This document shows positions 38,428 through 49,815 of a stretch of 64,000 nucleotides of DNA, piece after piece. Origin of the DNA: Mobula hypostoma (lineage: Eukaryota); assembly GCF_963921235.1 (NCBI RefSeq), contig NC_086097.1, forward strand, positions 158,908,001 through 158,972,000. The letters are read 5' to 3'. The notes below the pieces were generated by a model. That model saw only the letters and a list, made by a program, of their open reading frames with translations, had not been told where the DNA came from and did no database searches. Each line of letters starts with the position of its first letter. Position 1 is the stretch's first letter. A program made the translations under genes and the position numbers.

Positions 38428-39969
38428 GGAAGTCCTGTCTAACCCATTTACAAAGTTTTTTGAGGAAGTTACCAGGAAGGTTAATAAAGGCAAGACAGTG
38501 AATGTTATCGACATCGACCTTAGTAAGGCCTTTGACAAAGTCCCGCATGGGAGGTTGTCAAGAAGGTCCAGTCACTTGGTATTCAAGACGAAGCAGTATA
38601 TTTAATTAGACATTGACTTCGCAGAAAAACCAGGGAGTGGTTGCCTCTCTGACTGAAAGCCTGTGTCTAGTGATGTGCCGCAGGGATCAGTGTTGGGTCC
38701 ATTGTTTGTTTGTCATCTATATCAACGATTTGGATGACGATGTGGTTAGCTGGATCAGCAAATTTGTGGATGACGCCAAATTTGGGGGTGTAGTCGATAG
38801 CAAGGAAGACTATTAGTGTTTGCAGTGGGATCTGGACCAACTGGAAAAATGGGCTGAAAATTGTCAGATGGAATTTAATACAGACAAATGTGAGGTGTTG
38901 CATCTTGGGAGGACCACCCAGTGTAGATTATACGTGGTGAGCTGTACGGCACTGTGGAGTGTGGTAGCACAGAGAGATCTGGGAAAACAGATCCATAATT
39001 CTTTAAAAATGGTGTCACAGGTAGACAGGGTCATAAAGAAAGCTTTTGGTATATTGGCCTTCATAAATCAATGTACTGAGTACAGGATTTGGGATGTCAT
39101 TAAGATGTTGGTGAGGCCTAGTTTGGAGTATTGTCTCCAGTTTTGGTCACCTACCTACAGGAAAGATGTCAATAAGATTGAAAGAGTGCAGACAAAATTT
39201 ACAAGGATGTTGCTGGGATTTCAGGATTTGAGTTATAGGGAAAAGTTGAAGAGCTTAGGACTTTATTCCCTAGAACGTACAACAGAGGTAGGTAACCTAT
39301 GGCCCAAGGGCCAGATCTGGCCCATGAAGGTATTTTGACTGGCACGCGAGCAAATATTGAGATACTATGCTTATCCGGCCCGCGAGCAATTTTTTCCTTG
39401 TTCTGAGTGTTTCACGTGACCACACTGATGGACATGCATGGCGTCTTGTTACACTGGCCCCGGGTTCCGTTTTGTTCCAAACCAAACACTTACGAATGAC
39501 GGGAAGGCAGACTACCTTATTAATATATATTAGATACTCTCCATGCACATGCAGGTTTTCAGATGGATCAGGACAACAGAGCGGCGTGGGAGCTGAATTC
39601 TGAAGGAAGGCAGTTTTTTTAAAAACTTCTTCAAGTGCAAGAAGGACGAGACTGCGCAGGCGGGTGACGTAACAGGACAGTGCGGAGAGTTTAAAAAGGA
39701 GACCACCCTATACAGCGGGCAGCGGAGTGAGTAGTAGCAGAGTGTAGGGCTTTGGCTTCAACGGGCTTCAGCAGTAAACGGGAAGAGGCAAGAGCAAAGC
39801 ACCAACTCTCCCCCCCACCGCCTTGGTGAATCGGCCCAGACAGACAAGAAGAGCAGGGCTCACACAGCTAAAGGTACGAGCTAACGGTTTAAAAAAGTTC
39901 GTCTGTTTGGCGAGGTAAGTTGGTGAGTAGACTTATTTTTCCTGTTTCATTCCTGTAGAATTAGATAGC

Positions 39970-40905
39970 ATGCCTGCAGGGTTAGTGCTTTATTCAGGGT
40001 GTCAGATGTGGGAATCCTGGGAGACCTCCAGCCTCCCTGATGGCCACATCCACGCCAGGTGCACCGAGTTGCAGCTCCTCAGAGACCGTGTTAGGGATCT
40101 GGAGCTGCAGCTTGATGACCTACTGCTTATCAGGGAAAGTGAAGAGGTGATAGACAGGAGCTACAGGGAGGTAGTCATCCCTAGGCTACAGGGGTCAGAA
40201 AATTGGGTGACTGTCAGGAGAGGGAAGGAAAATGCCCGGATAGTGGAGAGCACACCAGTGGCTGTCCCCCTCAGCAACAAATATCTTGTTCTAGATGCTG
40301 TTAAGGGGGATGACCTGACAGGGGATGCCCACTGTGACCGGTTATGTGGCTCTGAGCCTGACGCTGTTGTGTAGGAGGGAAGGAATGAGAAGAGAAATGC
40401 GGTAGTCATAGGGGACTCCATAGTCAGGGGAACAGACAGGAGATTCTGTGAGCCTGATAGAGATACACACATGGTGTGTTGCCTCCCAGGTGCCAGGGTA
40501 CGGGATGTCTCGGATCAGATCCAGAATATTCTGAAGGGGAAGGGCGAGCAGCCAGTTGTCTTGGTAAATGTTGGTACCAATGACATAGATAGGACAAGGG
40601 AGGAGGTCCTGAAGAAAGATTTCTGGGAGTTAGGAAGGAAGCTGAGAAGCAGGACCTCCAGGGTAGTAATCTCCGGATTGCTACCTGTGCCACGTGCTAG
40701 CGAGGGCAAGAATAGTAGGATCGGGCAGATGAATGCCTGGCTGAGAGACTGGTGTGGGGGACAGGGCTTCGGATTCTTGGATAATTGGGATTTCTTCTGG
40801 GGGAAGTATGACCTGTTCAAAAAGGACAGGTTACACCTGAACCCGAAGGGGACCAATATCCTGGCGGGGAAATTTAATAGAGCTGTTAGGGAGGGTTTAA
40901 ACTAA
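39970..40905 (+). pseudogene. CR1 ORF1 (Cys/leucine-zipper N-terminus plus SGNH esterase) with one in-frame stop
   Basis: ORFs 39970-40374 and 40471-40905 are in the same frame, separated by a single TAG at 40372-40374; GDS, GTND and DRLH motifs are present. Confidence 0.9.
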
Positions 40906-40973
40906 TTTGGCAGGAGGATGGGAACCAGAATGATAGAGCGGAGGAAGGGGAAAACAGAAATAAATCTAAGATA

Positions 40974-43870
40974 GTGAGCAGTAAAGATGTCAGGAAAGAC
41001 AGGCAGGTGATGGGGCAAATGTGTAGCCGTTGGGATGAGTTGCAGTGCAATAAAGTTGCAGTGAAATCAAAGCGAAAAGTACCAAATACTGGTCTTAAGG
41101 TGTTATACTTAAATGCACGCAGCATAAGGAGTAAGGTGGATGATCTTGTCGTACAGCTGCAGATTGGCAGGTATGATATTGTGGCCATCACTGAGACCTG
41201 GCTAAAGGATGCATGTCTCTGGGAGCTGAACGTCCAAGGATACACGGTGTATCGGAAGGATAGGAAGGTAGGCAGAGGGGGAGGCGTGGCTTTATTGGTA
41301 AAAAATGATATTAAATCATTAGAAAGAGGTGATATAGGATCGGAAGGTGCAGAATCTTTATAGGTTGAGCTAAGAAATCGCAGGGGTAAAAGGACCCTGA
41401 TGGCAGTTATTTATAGGCCTCCAAACAGCTGCAGTGATGTGGACTACAAATTACAACAGGAAGTAGAAAAGGCTTGTCAGAAGGGCAGTGTTATGATAAT
41501 TGTCGGGGATTTTAACATGCGAGTGGGTTGGGAAAATTAGGTCGGCACTGGATCTCAAGAGAGAGAATTTGTAGAATGTCTGCGAGATGGCTTTTTAGAA
41601 CAGCTTGTTGTTGAGCCCACTAGGGGATCGGCTGTATTGGATTGGGTATTGTGTAATGAGCCGGAGGTGATTAGAGAGATTGAAGTGAAGGAACCTTTAG
41701 GAGGCGGTGATCATAACATGATTGAGTTCGCTGTGAAATTTGAAAAAGAGAAGCCGAAATCTGATGTATCAGTATTTCAGTGGAGTAAAGGAAATTATAG
41801 TGGCATGAGAGAGGAACTGGCCAAAGTTGACTGGAAAGGGACACTGGCGGGAAGGACGGCAGAGCAGCAGTGGCTGGAGTTTATGCGCGAAGTGAGGATG
41901 GTGCAAGACAGGTATATTCCAAAAAAGAAGAAATTTTCGAATGGAAAAAGGATGCAACTGTGGCTGACGAGAGAAGTCAAAGCCAAAGTTAAAGCAAAGG
42001 AGAGGGCATACAAGGAAGCAAAAATTAGTGGGAAGACAGAGGATTGGGAAGTTTTTAAAAGCCTACAAAAGGAAGCTAAGAAGGTCATTAAGAGTAAAAA
42101 GATTAACTATGAAAGGAAGCTAGCAAATAATATCAAAGAATATACTAAGAGCTTTTTCAAGTATATAAAGAGTAAAAGACAGGTGAGAGTAGATATAGGG
42201 CCAATAGAAAATGATGCTGGAGAAATTGTAATGGGAGATAAGGAGATAGCGGAAGAACTGAAGGAGTATTTTGCATCAGTCTTCACTGAGGAGGACATCA
42301 GCAGTATACCGGACACTCAAGGGTGGCAGGGAAGAGAAGTGTGTGCAGTCACAATTACGACAGAGAAAGTGCTCAGGAAGCTGAATAGTCTAAAGGTAGA
42401 TAAATCTCCTGGACCAGATGGAATGCACCCTCGTGTTCTGAAGGAAGTAGCTGTGCAGATTGCAGAGGCATTAGCGATGATCTTTCAAAAGTCGATAGAT
42501 TCTGGCATGGTTCCGGAGGACTGGAAGATTGCAAATGTCACTCCGCTATTTAAGAAGGGGGCAAGGAAGCAAAAAGGAAATTATAGACCTGTTAGCTTGA
42601 CATCGGTGGTTGGGAAGTTGTTGGAGTCGATTGTTAAGGATGAGGTTATGGAGTACCTGGAGGCATATGACAAGATAGGCAGAACTCAGAATGGATTCCT
42701 TAAAGGAAAATCCTGCTGACAAACCTATTACAATTTTTTGAGGAAATTACCAGTAGGCTAGACAAGGGAGATGCAGTGGATGTTGTATATTTGGATTTTC
42801 AGAAGGCCTTTGACAAGGTGCCACACATGAGGCTACTTAACAAGATAAGAGCCCATGGAAAGTTACATACGTGGAAAGAGCGTTGCCTGATTGGCAGGAA
42901 ACAGAGAGTGGGAATAAAGGGATCCTACTCTGGTTGGCTGCTGGTTACCAGTGGTGTTTCACAGGGGTCCATGTTGGGGCCGCTTCGTTTTACATTGTAC
43001 ATCAATGATTTGGATTATGGAATAGATGGCGTTGTGGCTAAGTTTGCTGATGATATGAAGATAGGTGGAGGGGCCGGTAGTACTGAGGAAACAGTCTGCA
43101 GAGAGACTTGGATAGACTGGAAGAATGGGCAAAGAAGTGGCAAATGAAATACAATGTTGGAAAGTGTATGGTTATGCACTTTGGCAGAAGAAATAAATGG
43201 GCAGACTATTATTTAAATGGGGAGAGAATTCAAAGTTCTGAGATGCAACGGGACTTGGGACTCCTCGTACAGGATACCCTTAAGGTTAATCTCCAGGTTG
43301 AGTCGGTGGTGAAGAAGGAAAATGCAATGTTGGCATTCATTTCTAGAGGAATAGAGCATAGGAGCAGGGATGTGATGTTGAGGCCCTATAAGGCGCTGGT
43401 GAGACCTCACTTGGAGTACTGTGGACAGTTTTGGTCTCTTATTTAAGAAAGGATGTGCTGACATTGGAGAGGGTACATTCACTAGAATGATTCCGGGAAT
43501 GAGAGGGTTAACATATGAGGAACGTTTGTCCGCTTTTGGACTGTATTCCTTGGAGTTTAGAAGAATGAGGGGAGGCCTCATAGAAACATTTCAAATGTTG
43601 AAAGGCATGGACAGAGTGGATGTGGCAAAGTTGTTTCTCATGATGGGAGAGCTTAGTACGAGAGGGCATGCCTTAAGGATTGAAGGGCGCCCATTCAGAA
43701 CAGAAATGCGAAGAAATTTTTTTAGTCAGAGGGTGGTGAATCTATGGAATTTGTTGCCACGGACTGCAGTGGAGGCCAAGTCATTGGGTGTATTTAAGGC
43801 AGAGATTGATAGGTATCTGAGTAGCCAGGGCATCAAAGGTTATGGTGAGAAGGCGGGGCAGTGGGACTAA
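40974..43870 (+). pseudogene. CR1 ORF2 (APE endonuclease plus RT) with a few stops and frameshifts
   Basis: YLNARSI, ITETWL, GGGV, GDFN, GDH, PGPDGMHPRVLKE, DFQKAFDKVPH, FADD and LVRPHLEYC motifs. Confidence 0.92.
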
Positions 43871-44099
43871 ATGGGAGAATGGATCAGCTCATGATAAGAC
43901 AGTGGAGCAGACTCGATGGGCCGAATGATCGACTTCTGCTCCTTTGTCTTATGGTCTTATGGGACCATTCAAATTTGTAAACAGACACAGCGTCACTATG
44001 TTTTAACAAGAAATCCATGCTAAGTATCCAGATATTTACATGTGATACGATACTTGTTGAATAACTCGTGTTTCAAAATAAAATCAAAGAAAATCAAAG

Positions 44100-44190
44100 G
44101 TGGGGGCTTATATGGGAGGCAGGGTTTGAGGGTCGGCACAACATTGTGGGCTGAAGGGCCTGTACTGTGCTGTACTATTCTATGTTCTAC
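44100..44190 (+). mobile_element. Short CR1 3' tail inside the hAT
   Basis: GGTCGGCACAACATTGTGGGCTGAAGGGCCTGTACTGTGCTGTACTATTCTATGTTCTA. Confidence 0.7.
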
Positions 44191-44269
44191 GTAAAAAAAT
44201 TCCAATGGCAATGAATGCAAAGCGTAGGATGGTAGACGCTGAGTGCCAAAAAAGCAGTGAAGATGAAGG

Positions 44270-44745
44270 AAATACCCGTGCCAGCTACAAAGTCTCAAAA
44301 CATATTGCAGAAGAGATGAAGCCTTTTACAGATGGAGAATTTGTCAAAGAATGTTTACTGGCAGTGGTGGATATTGTTTGTCCTGAAAAGAAATCTTTAT
44401 TTGCATCTATCAGTCTGTCAGCAAGAACGATCACATGGCGAGTTGAAGAAATGTCAGCAGATGTTAAAAGTTGTTTAAGGGATGCCGGCAACGAATTGCA
44501 TTTTTTTTCAATTGCGTTTGATGAGAGCACAGACTTGAGAGATACTGCTCAACTTGCATTGTTTGTGTGAGGAGTGACCTCAACTTTTCAGATTTTTGAA
44601 GAGTTTATTCAATTAATTCCTATGAAGAACACAGTTACTGGAGCAGACATTTTTGAAGCTTTGTTGAAAATGATGTCAGAAATGAAACAATGTGTCAAAG
44701 CTAATTAGCATCACAACTGATGGGGCAACAGCAATGGTGGGACAG
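44270..44745 (+). pseudogene. hAT transposase remnant (Charlie/GTF2IRD2-like)
   Basis: KPFTDGEFVKECL, ISLSARTI, FSIAFDESTD (first catalytic D) and later ITTDGATAMVG. Confidence 0.88.
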
Positions 44746-45547
44746 AGTTCTTTGATTACTACTTGGCATCTTGTTAAGCACAAGTGATTTTCTAGCATGT
44801 GTTATTCATTAATTTATGGCAAAACATAATAGGCGTATTCAAATGGATAATTCCCATATTTCAAATTTTTTATGGCATTTATCTGGCCCACCGTCCGCTC
44901 ATTAATACACGATCCAGCCCACAGAGGCAAAAAGGTTGCCGACCCCTGACGTAGAAGATTGAGAGGAGATTTGATAGAGGTATACACAGTTATGAAGGCT
45001 GTAGATAGGGTAAGTGCAAGCGTGCTTTTTCCACTGAGCTTAGTGAGACTACAACCAAAGGTCATGGGTTAAGGGTGAAAGATAAAATGTTTAAGGAGAA
45101 CATGGCGGGGGACTTCTTCACTCGATGGTGATGAGAGCGTAGAACAAGCTCCCAGTGGATGTGGGGTCGATTTCAATATTTAAGAAAAATTTGGATAGGT
45201 ACATGGATGGGAGGAGTATGGAGGGCTATGGTCCAAATGTGGGTCAGTGGGACTAGGCAGATAAATGGTTTGGCATGGAATTGATGGTTCATAGGGCCTT
45301 TTTCTGTGCTGTAGCATTCCCTGATTCTTCGACCCTTCTATGACTATCAAAATCATTCTGCAAGTGTGGTTGGTTCTCCGTGAGCCCCAATGTTGGACTC
45401 ATTATATCAAAGTGCAAGGAAATGGGCTCCCAGTGGAAGCACTGAGACAACTTGGCCCATGGGGCAGGTTTTTGGCAGTCATGGGGTGTGGCAAGATCTT
45501 GTTCAATGACTTAATTACTGCATTTATTTGAAGCTCGCATTCATATA

Positions 45548-47166
45548 TAGTGTCTTGTAAAAGTATTCAGCTTCCAACCCTTTGTTCACATCAGTGAGTG
45601 TAATATACAGGTTCAAGGTTTTTTTTATCAATTCAACTGGGAATTTTTATTTTTGAATTGCATGCTCCTTTTTCACAGTAGGGCTCAAAAAAACAGGGAA
45701 AATTCTAAGACATGAAGAACTAAAAATTCAAAAACTGGAATGTCAGCAGTTCAGAAGTATACATCCCCCTTTTCTCAGTTCCTAGGTTAACCACCTCTCA
45801 TAGCTATTACAGCCAGTAGTCTTTTTGGATTAGTCTCTATTAGCTTTGCACCATGTGAGGGAGCAAGATTTGACCATTCCTCTTCGCAACATTGCTCAAA
45901 CTGTGGCAGGTGAACTGGGGAGTGACGGTGGACAGCAATCTCAAGGTCTTGTTAGAGATGTTCGATCTGGTTAAGGTCAGGACTGACAAGGCCACTCAAA
46001 TACATCAATTGGCTTCATTTGAAGCCACTCCATGGTTGCTTTGGCAGTGTGCTTTGGGTCATTGTCCTGCTGAAAAATGAACTTCCTCCCCAGTTTATGC
46101 TTTCTGGCAGAGGCTAGCAGGTTTTATTCAGGATCTCTTTGCATTTAGCAGCATTCATCTTCCCATCAATACTGACCAGATTCCCAATCCCTGCTGCAGA
46201 AAAGCATCCCTATAGCCTAATGCTACTTCCAACATACTTTACAGTCGGGATGGTGTTACCTGGCTGATGCACAGTATTAGATCTACGCCACACGTACCAC
46301 TTAGTGTTGAGGCCAAAAAGTTCTGCTTTAGTCTCATCCGACCACAAGACTTTCTTTCAGATCTTACAGTATCTTCTAAGTGATGCCTTGCAAAGTCTTT
46401 ACAGGCAAGGATGGCAATGGTACGTTGTTTTTGTTTTTAGCCGGGGTTCTTCCTTGTCACTCTTCCATTAATACCTTTTTTGAGCAAAGCCTTAGAGTTT
46501 GTGCAGCCATGAACTTCATCTTCAGTTGCAGCCACTGACTACTGCATCTGAATCAAAGTGACTGTTGGCATCACAGTCGCGTCTCTTACAAGTGGCATTC
46601 TTCTCTGGTGACCATGTTTAGAGGGGTGGCAAGACCTAGACAGTGTGGCTATGGTTTCATATTTTTTCCGCTTTTTAACATTGGACTGCACCGAGTTCTG
46701 AGGTATGTTCAGTGCCTTTGAGATGGTCTTGTACCCTTTCCCAGATGTGTACTTCTCTTTTATCACTTCCCTGTCTTGTCTTTAATGCTCTTTTGTCTTC
46801 CTTTCAGTTTGATCTGTTGAAAATCTACCATACAGTTGGACTTTACAGAGAGGGGGCATTTATTCAGCTGACACTCCACTTTTCTATATCAACAAACCAG
46901 GTGAATTGGTAATATACAGTATTGTACCTACGGAAAGTTGGCATATAATTACAAAGGGGATGAATACTTTTTCAGCCTCACAAATTCTGATACTAAATTT
47001 CAGTAAATTATTGACTGGTTTTGGGTTTTTTCTTCTGGTTTGACATGATGCATAACGTTGTATAGATTACCTCAGAAAAGTCCTACTTCAATATACTTTA
47101 AGTTTAGAAAATGAGACGGTTAAATGTGAAAATAGTTGTGGGGGCTGAATACATTTTCAGGTATTG
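45548..47166 (-). mobile_element. Tc1-family transposon, full-length but decayed
   Basis: TA TSD at 45546-47 and 47167-68; ends (C>T)AGTGTCTTGTAAAAGTATTCAGC / GCTGAATACATTTTCAGGTATTG; paired-like HTH SGKGYKTISKALNIP (46539-46766); FQQDNDPKH at about 46050-46076; length about 1.6 kb. Confidence 0.9.
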
Positions 47167-47189
47167 TATCAGGAGATATCGTGCGTACC

Positions 47190-47880
47190 ATGGTGGTGCA
47201 GCAGTTAGCATAATGCTATTACAGTTCTGGGTGTTGTGGAGTTTGGAGTTTGTCTGTAAGGAGTTTATACGTTCTCCCCATGAAACATGTGGGTTTCCTC
47301 CAGTTCGACCAGTCTCCTCCCACAGTCCAAAGACGTACCAGTTAGTAGGTTCACTGGTCATAGTAAATTGTCCCATAATTACACTACCTTTGGGTAGTGG
47401 GTAGTGGCTCCATATGTCACTACTACAGGGCACGACGACCCTGCCTTACATGAGTCCCGGGCTCAGCTGGCTCTGGCTGACAGCACCTAGTATGGGCCCC
47501 TATCCAGGGTTACGGATCCCACTGCCTTGTGGGTATCTTCGGGAAAAGAGAAGGCTAAGCAGTAAACCCTACACAAATCCGGAGTGGATCCCCTAAGGCG
47601 GTTGGATGACGTATCACATCACCTCCCTGCAGCTCCTGCAGCCAAGCTGATGCCAAATGTACTGCTTCACATTCCTTTGGACCACATCCGCGAGGCCGAG
47701 AGGGGGATCTTGATGTCTGGGCAGCCCAGGATCTCCATATTTATTGCCCAGGTCTGTGCCCCGGAATGGGCGCATCCATTGTCTACTGAACAGACAGAGC
47801 CATGACGCTAGTCTTAAATAGATGCTGCTCATTGGGCTGAAGGGCTTGTTCCATGCTGTATCTCCAAATCAAAAAAAATG
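47190..47880 (+). mobile_element. V-SINE interrupted at about 47385-47805 by an RTE-like short retroposon
   Basis: V-domain TGTAAGGAGTTTATACGTTCTCCCCATG..TCCTCCCACAGTCCAAAGACGTACC; the tail resumes GGGCTGAAGGGCTTGTTCCATGCTGTATCTC. Confidence 0.7.
47385..47805 (+). mobile_element. RTE-like non-autonomous short retroposon
   Basis: CTGCCTTGTGG..TAAACCCTACACAAATCCGGAGTGGATCCCCTAAGGC..GCAGCTCCTGC..TGCCAA..TTCCTTTGGAC..GAGAGGGGGA..TGCCCAGG..ATCCATTGTC is collinear with 3119-3501. Confidence 0.68.
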
Positions 47881-48355
47881 AAGATTCCTGCTTGGTCCTA
47901 CCTTTAACCATTTGTTGCACATGCAACCATTTGTTCCCCCCTCCCCCACCCCCACAAGAGTAACAGTGTAGTTCATCACCAAACCACATCTTTATCTGGA
48001 TTTGTTCATATGGAGGGCTTTCAGTCTGCAGAGACCAAAACATTTGCAGAGCAAAATTTGACAAAACCAAGTGGAAAAATTAAAGAGTTAGGCTGATCAA
48101 TAAAATTAAACATCAGGGAAATTAGGTATAGAGCAGATCTCTCTGTTTTTAGTTCAGAAACACTACTAAGCTAATTTCACGAATAAGAATGCATTCAGAG
48201 TTGCTGATGGATGAATTCCATTTTGTTGCAGAAATATCCTTAATACCATTTTTTTAACCTGGATAAAAATTCACACTGAAAGTTTGCCAACTTCACAACA
48301 ATTCTGAAATCAGTTTTAGTTGTAGTAATTAAAAAATCCCTAGCTTCTTCTCATT

Positions 48356-48832
48356 TAAGACCATAAGATATAGGAGCAGAATTAGACTATTTGGCCCATT
48401 CAGTCTGCTCTGCCATTTCATTATGGCTGATCCAATTTTTCTCTCAGCCCCAGTCACCTGGCTTCTCCCAGTATCCCTTCATACCCTGACCAATCAAAAA
48501 TCTATCAACCCCTGCCTTAAAGACTTGGCTGCCACAGCTGCTCGTGGCAAAGAATTCCATAGATTTATCACCATCTGGGTAAAGAAATTCTACCTCATCT
48601 CCATTCTCAAAGGACACCCCTCTATTTTGAGGCTGTGTCCTCTGGTCATAGACTCTCCCATCATAGGAAACATCCTTTCCACATCCACTCTATCAAGACC
48701 TTTCACCATTTGATAGGTTTCAATGAGGTCATTCTTCTGAATTCTAGTGAATACATGCCCAGAGCTATCAAATGCTCTTCATATGACAAGGTATTCAATC
48801 CTGGAATCATTTTCGTGAACCTCCTTTGAACC
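48356..48832 (-). mobile_element. CR1 3' end
   Basis: TAAGACCATAAGATATAGGAGCAGAATTAG tail; RVQRRFTKMIPGL..LYSLEFRR-like translation; same subfamily as 572-4436. Confidence 0.88.
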
Positions 48833-49648
48833 CTGCAAATACAATTACTTTTCACTCCAAACAGAAAATCACATAAGGTGTGATGGTTGAAGTGTGACAC
48901 ATGTGAAATATTGGGCACAGATATAAAGTGAATGCATGCCTGGACCTGCATGAACAATATCCTATATCAGTGAGCATTGCTGAGAGTTTCTGCTTAGAGT
49001 TGTTGGGACCAAATTATGCAAATTTCAGCATACATTTAAGTAGAGATTATTCCGTATGTTCAACGTCCTGAGAGTGACGTGCAGAACCATATTAGGATAA
49101 ACTTAATAATATTGTCTGTTCATAGCATGAAAGTGAATTGAGTAATCAATATTGTGAGTACTGGACATAGGGTTCATTGATTAGAAAGCATTCCATCAGG
49201 AGTCTGTGCTTTGTTAGAACCTGAACCCTATCAACTTCAAACTTGACTTTGCCTTATAGTCAATCATACATTGTAATTACTCTTTGTACAGGGAACTGAC
49301 TTTCAGTGCTCAGGATACAGAGCTAGAAAAATTGGAAGAAATTGTGCTTTTGTAACTTTAAGTCTTAACATGGCTTAATGTTCATTCCAAAAATATGCTT
49401 TACTCATAATATATACAGTAAATGTATTGAAAGCACATTTTTTCAACGTTCATTGAATCAATTCAACTCATTCTCTCAGAAGGGATCATCACCACTTAAG
49501 TTCCCTTATTAACCAATGCACACTTTATGCATTTGTGAGGCTATTACACAAGGCCTAGTCCCACAGTCTCCAATCCCTTGTGCCCAGTGGCAGCAAGGCA
49601 CTTTACCTATGGTCCTTTCCTTCACTGTCTTTGCTGTGGTTGTTTCAG

Positions 49649-49815
49649 TGTATTCCACAGCACGTATTCTGCACTTTGGGATATTACAGTTGATGGCATT
49701 CACATGTGGACATCTCCACAGAGTGGCAGATTTACAAGTTTCAGACAGATCGTTGTGCATCTTCCACCAGCTAATGACTTTCCTGGAAGTAACATAACTA
49801 TCAGAGGGGCAAAAG
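49649..49815 (+). other. Candidate host exon (strand and coding status uncertain)
   Basis: Non-repeat sequence open in two + frames and one - frame. Plus strand: TTGTTTCAG| ... AAAG|GTGAAT. An alternative minus-strand exon (about 49606-49784) has TTACTTCCAG| ... ATAG|GTAAAG. Protein not recognised. Confidence 0.2.

Larger units (their letters stand above)
39575..43961 (+). mobile_element. Essentially full-length CR1 LINE (5' UTR, ORF1, ORF2, tail)
   Basis: GC-rich 5' UTR, ORF1 39970-40905, ORF2 about 40974-43870, tail CTTATGGTCTTATG at about 43948-43961. The 5' boundary is approximate. Confidence 0.93.
39283..44948 (+). mobile_element. hAT (Charlie/Buster-type) DNA transposon, internally deleted, carrying CR1 inserts
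   Basis: TIRs CAGAGGTAGGTAACCT / AGGTTGCCGACCCCTG; 8-bp TSD ACGTA(C/G)AA at 39275-39282 and 44949-44956; transposase remnant at 44270-44745. Confidence 0.9.
38427..45325 (+). mobile_element. CR1 (5'-truncated) split by a hAT transposon (38427-39282 and 44949-45325)
   Basis: DLSKAFDKVPH, KFVDDAK, ..LGLYSLER| resumes after the hAT as |RRLRGDLIEVY. Confidence 0.88.

Noticed and set aside
38395..38430. GAAAC..CTGATGAG as a permuted hammerhead in the SINE
   Set aside because: There is no room for stem I and a cleavage triplet between the motifs, and the element is cut by CR1 immediately afterwards.
44205..44570. ORF resembling domesticated GTF2IRD2/ZBED/EPM2AIP1-type genes
   Set aside because: It has a stop at 44568-44570, later frameshifts and large deletions, and lies between TIRs with a TSD, so it is a dead hAT transposase.
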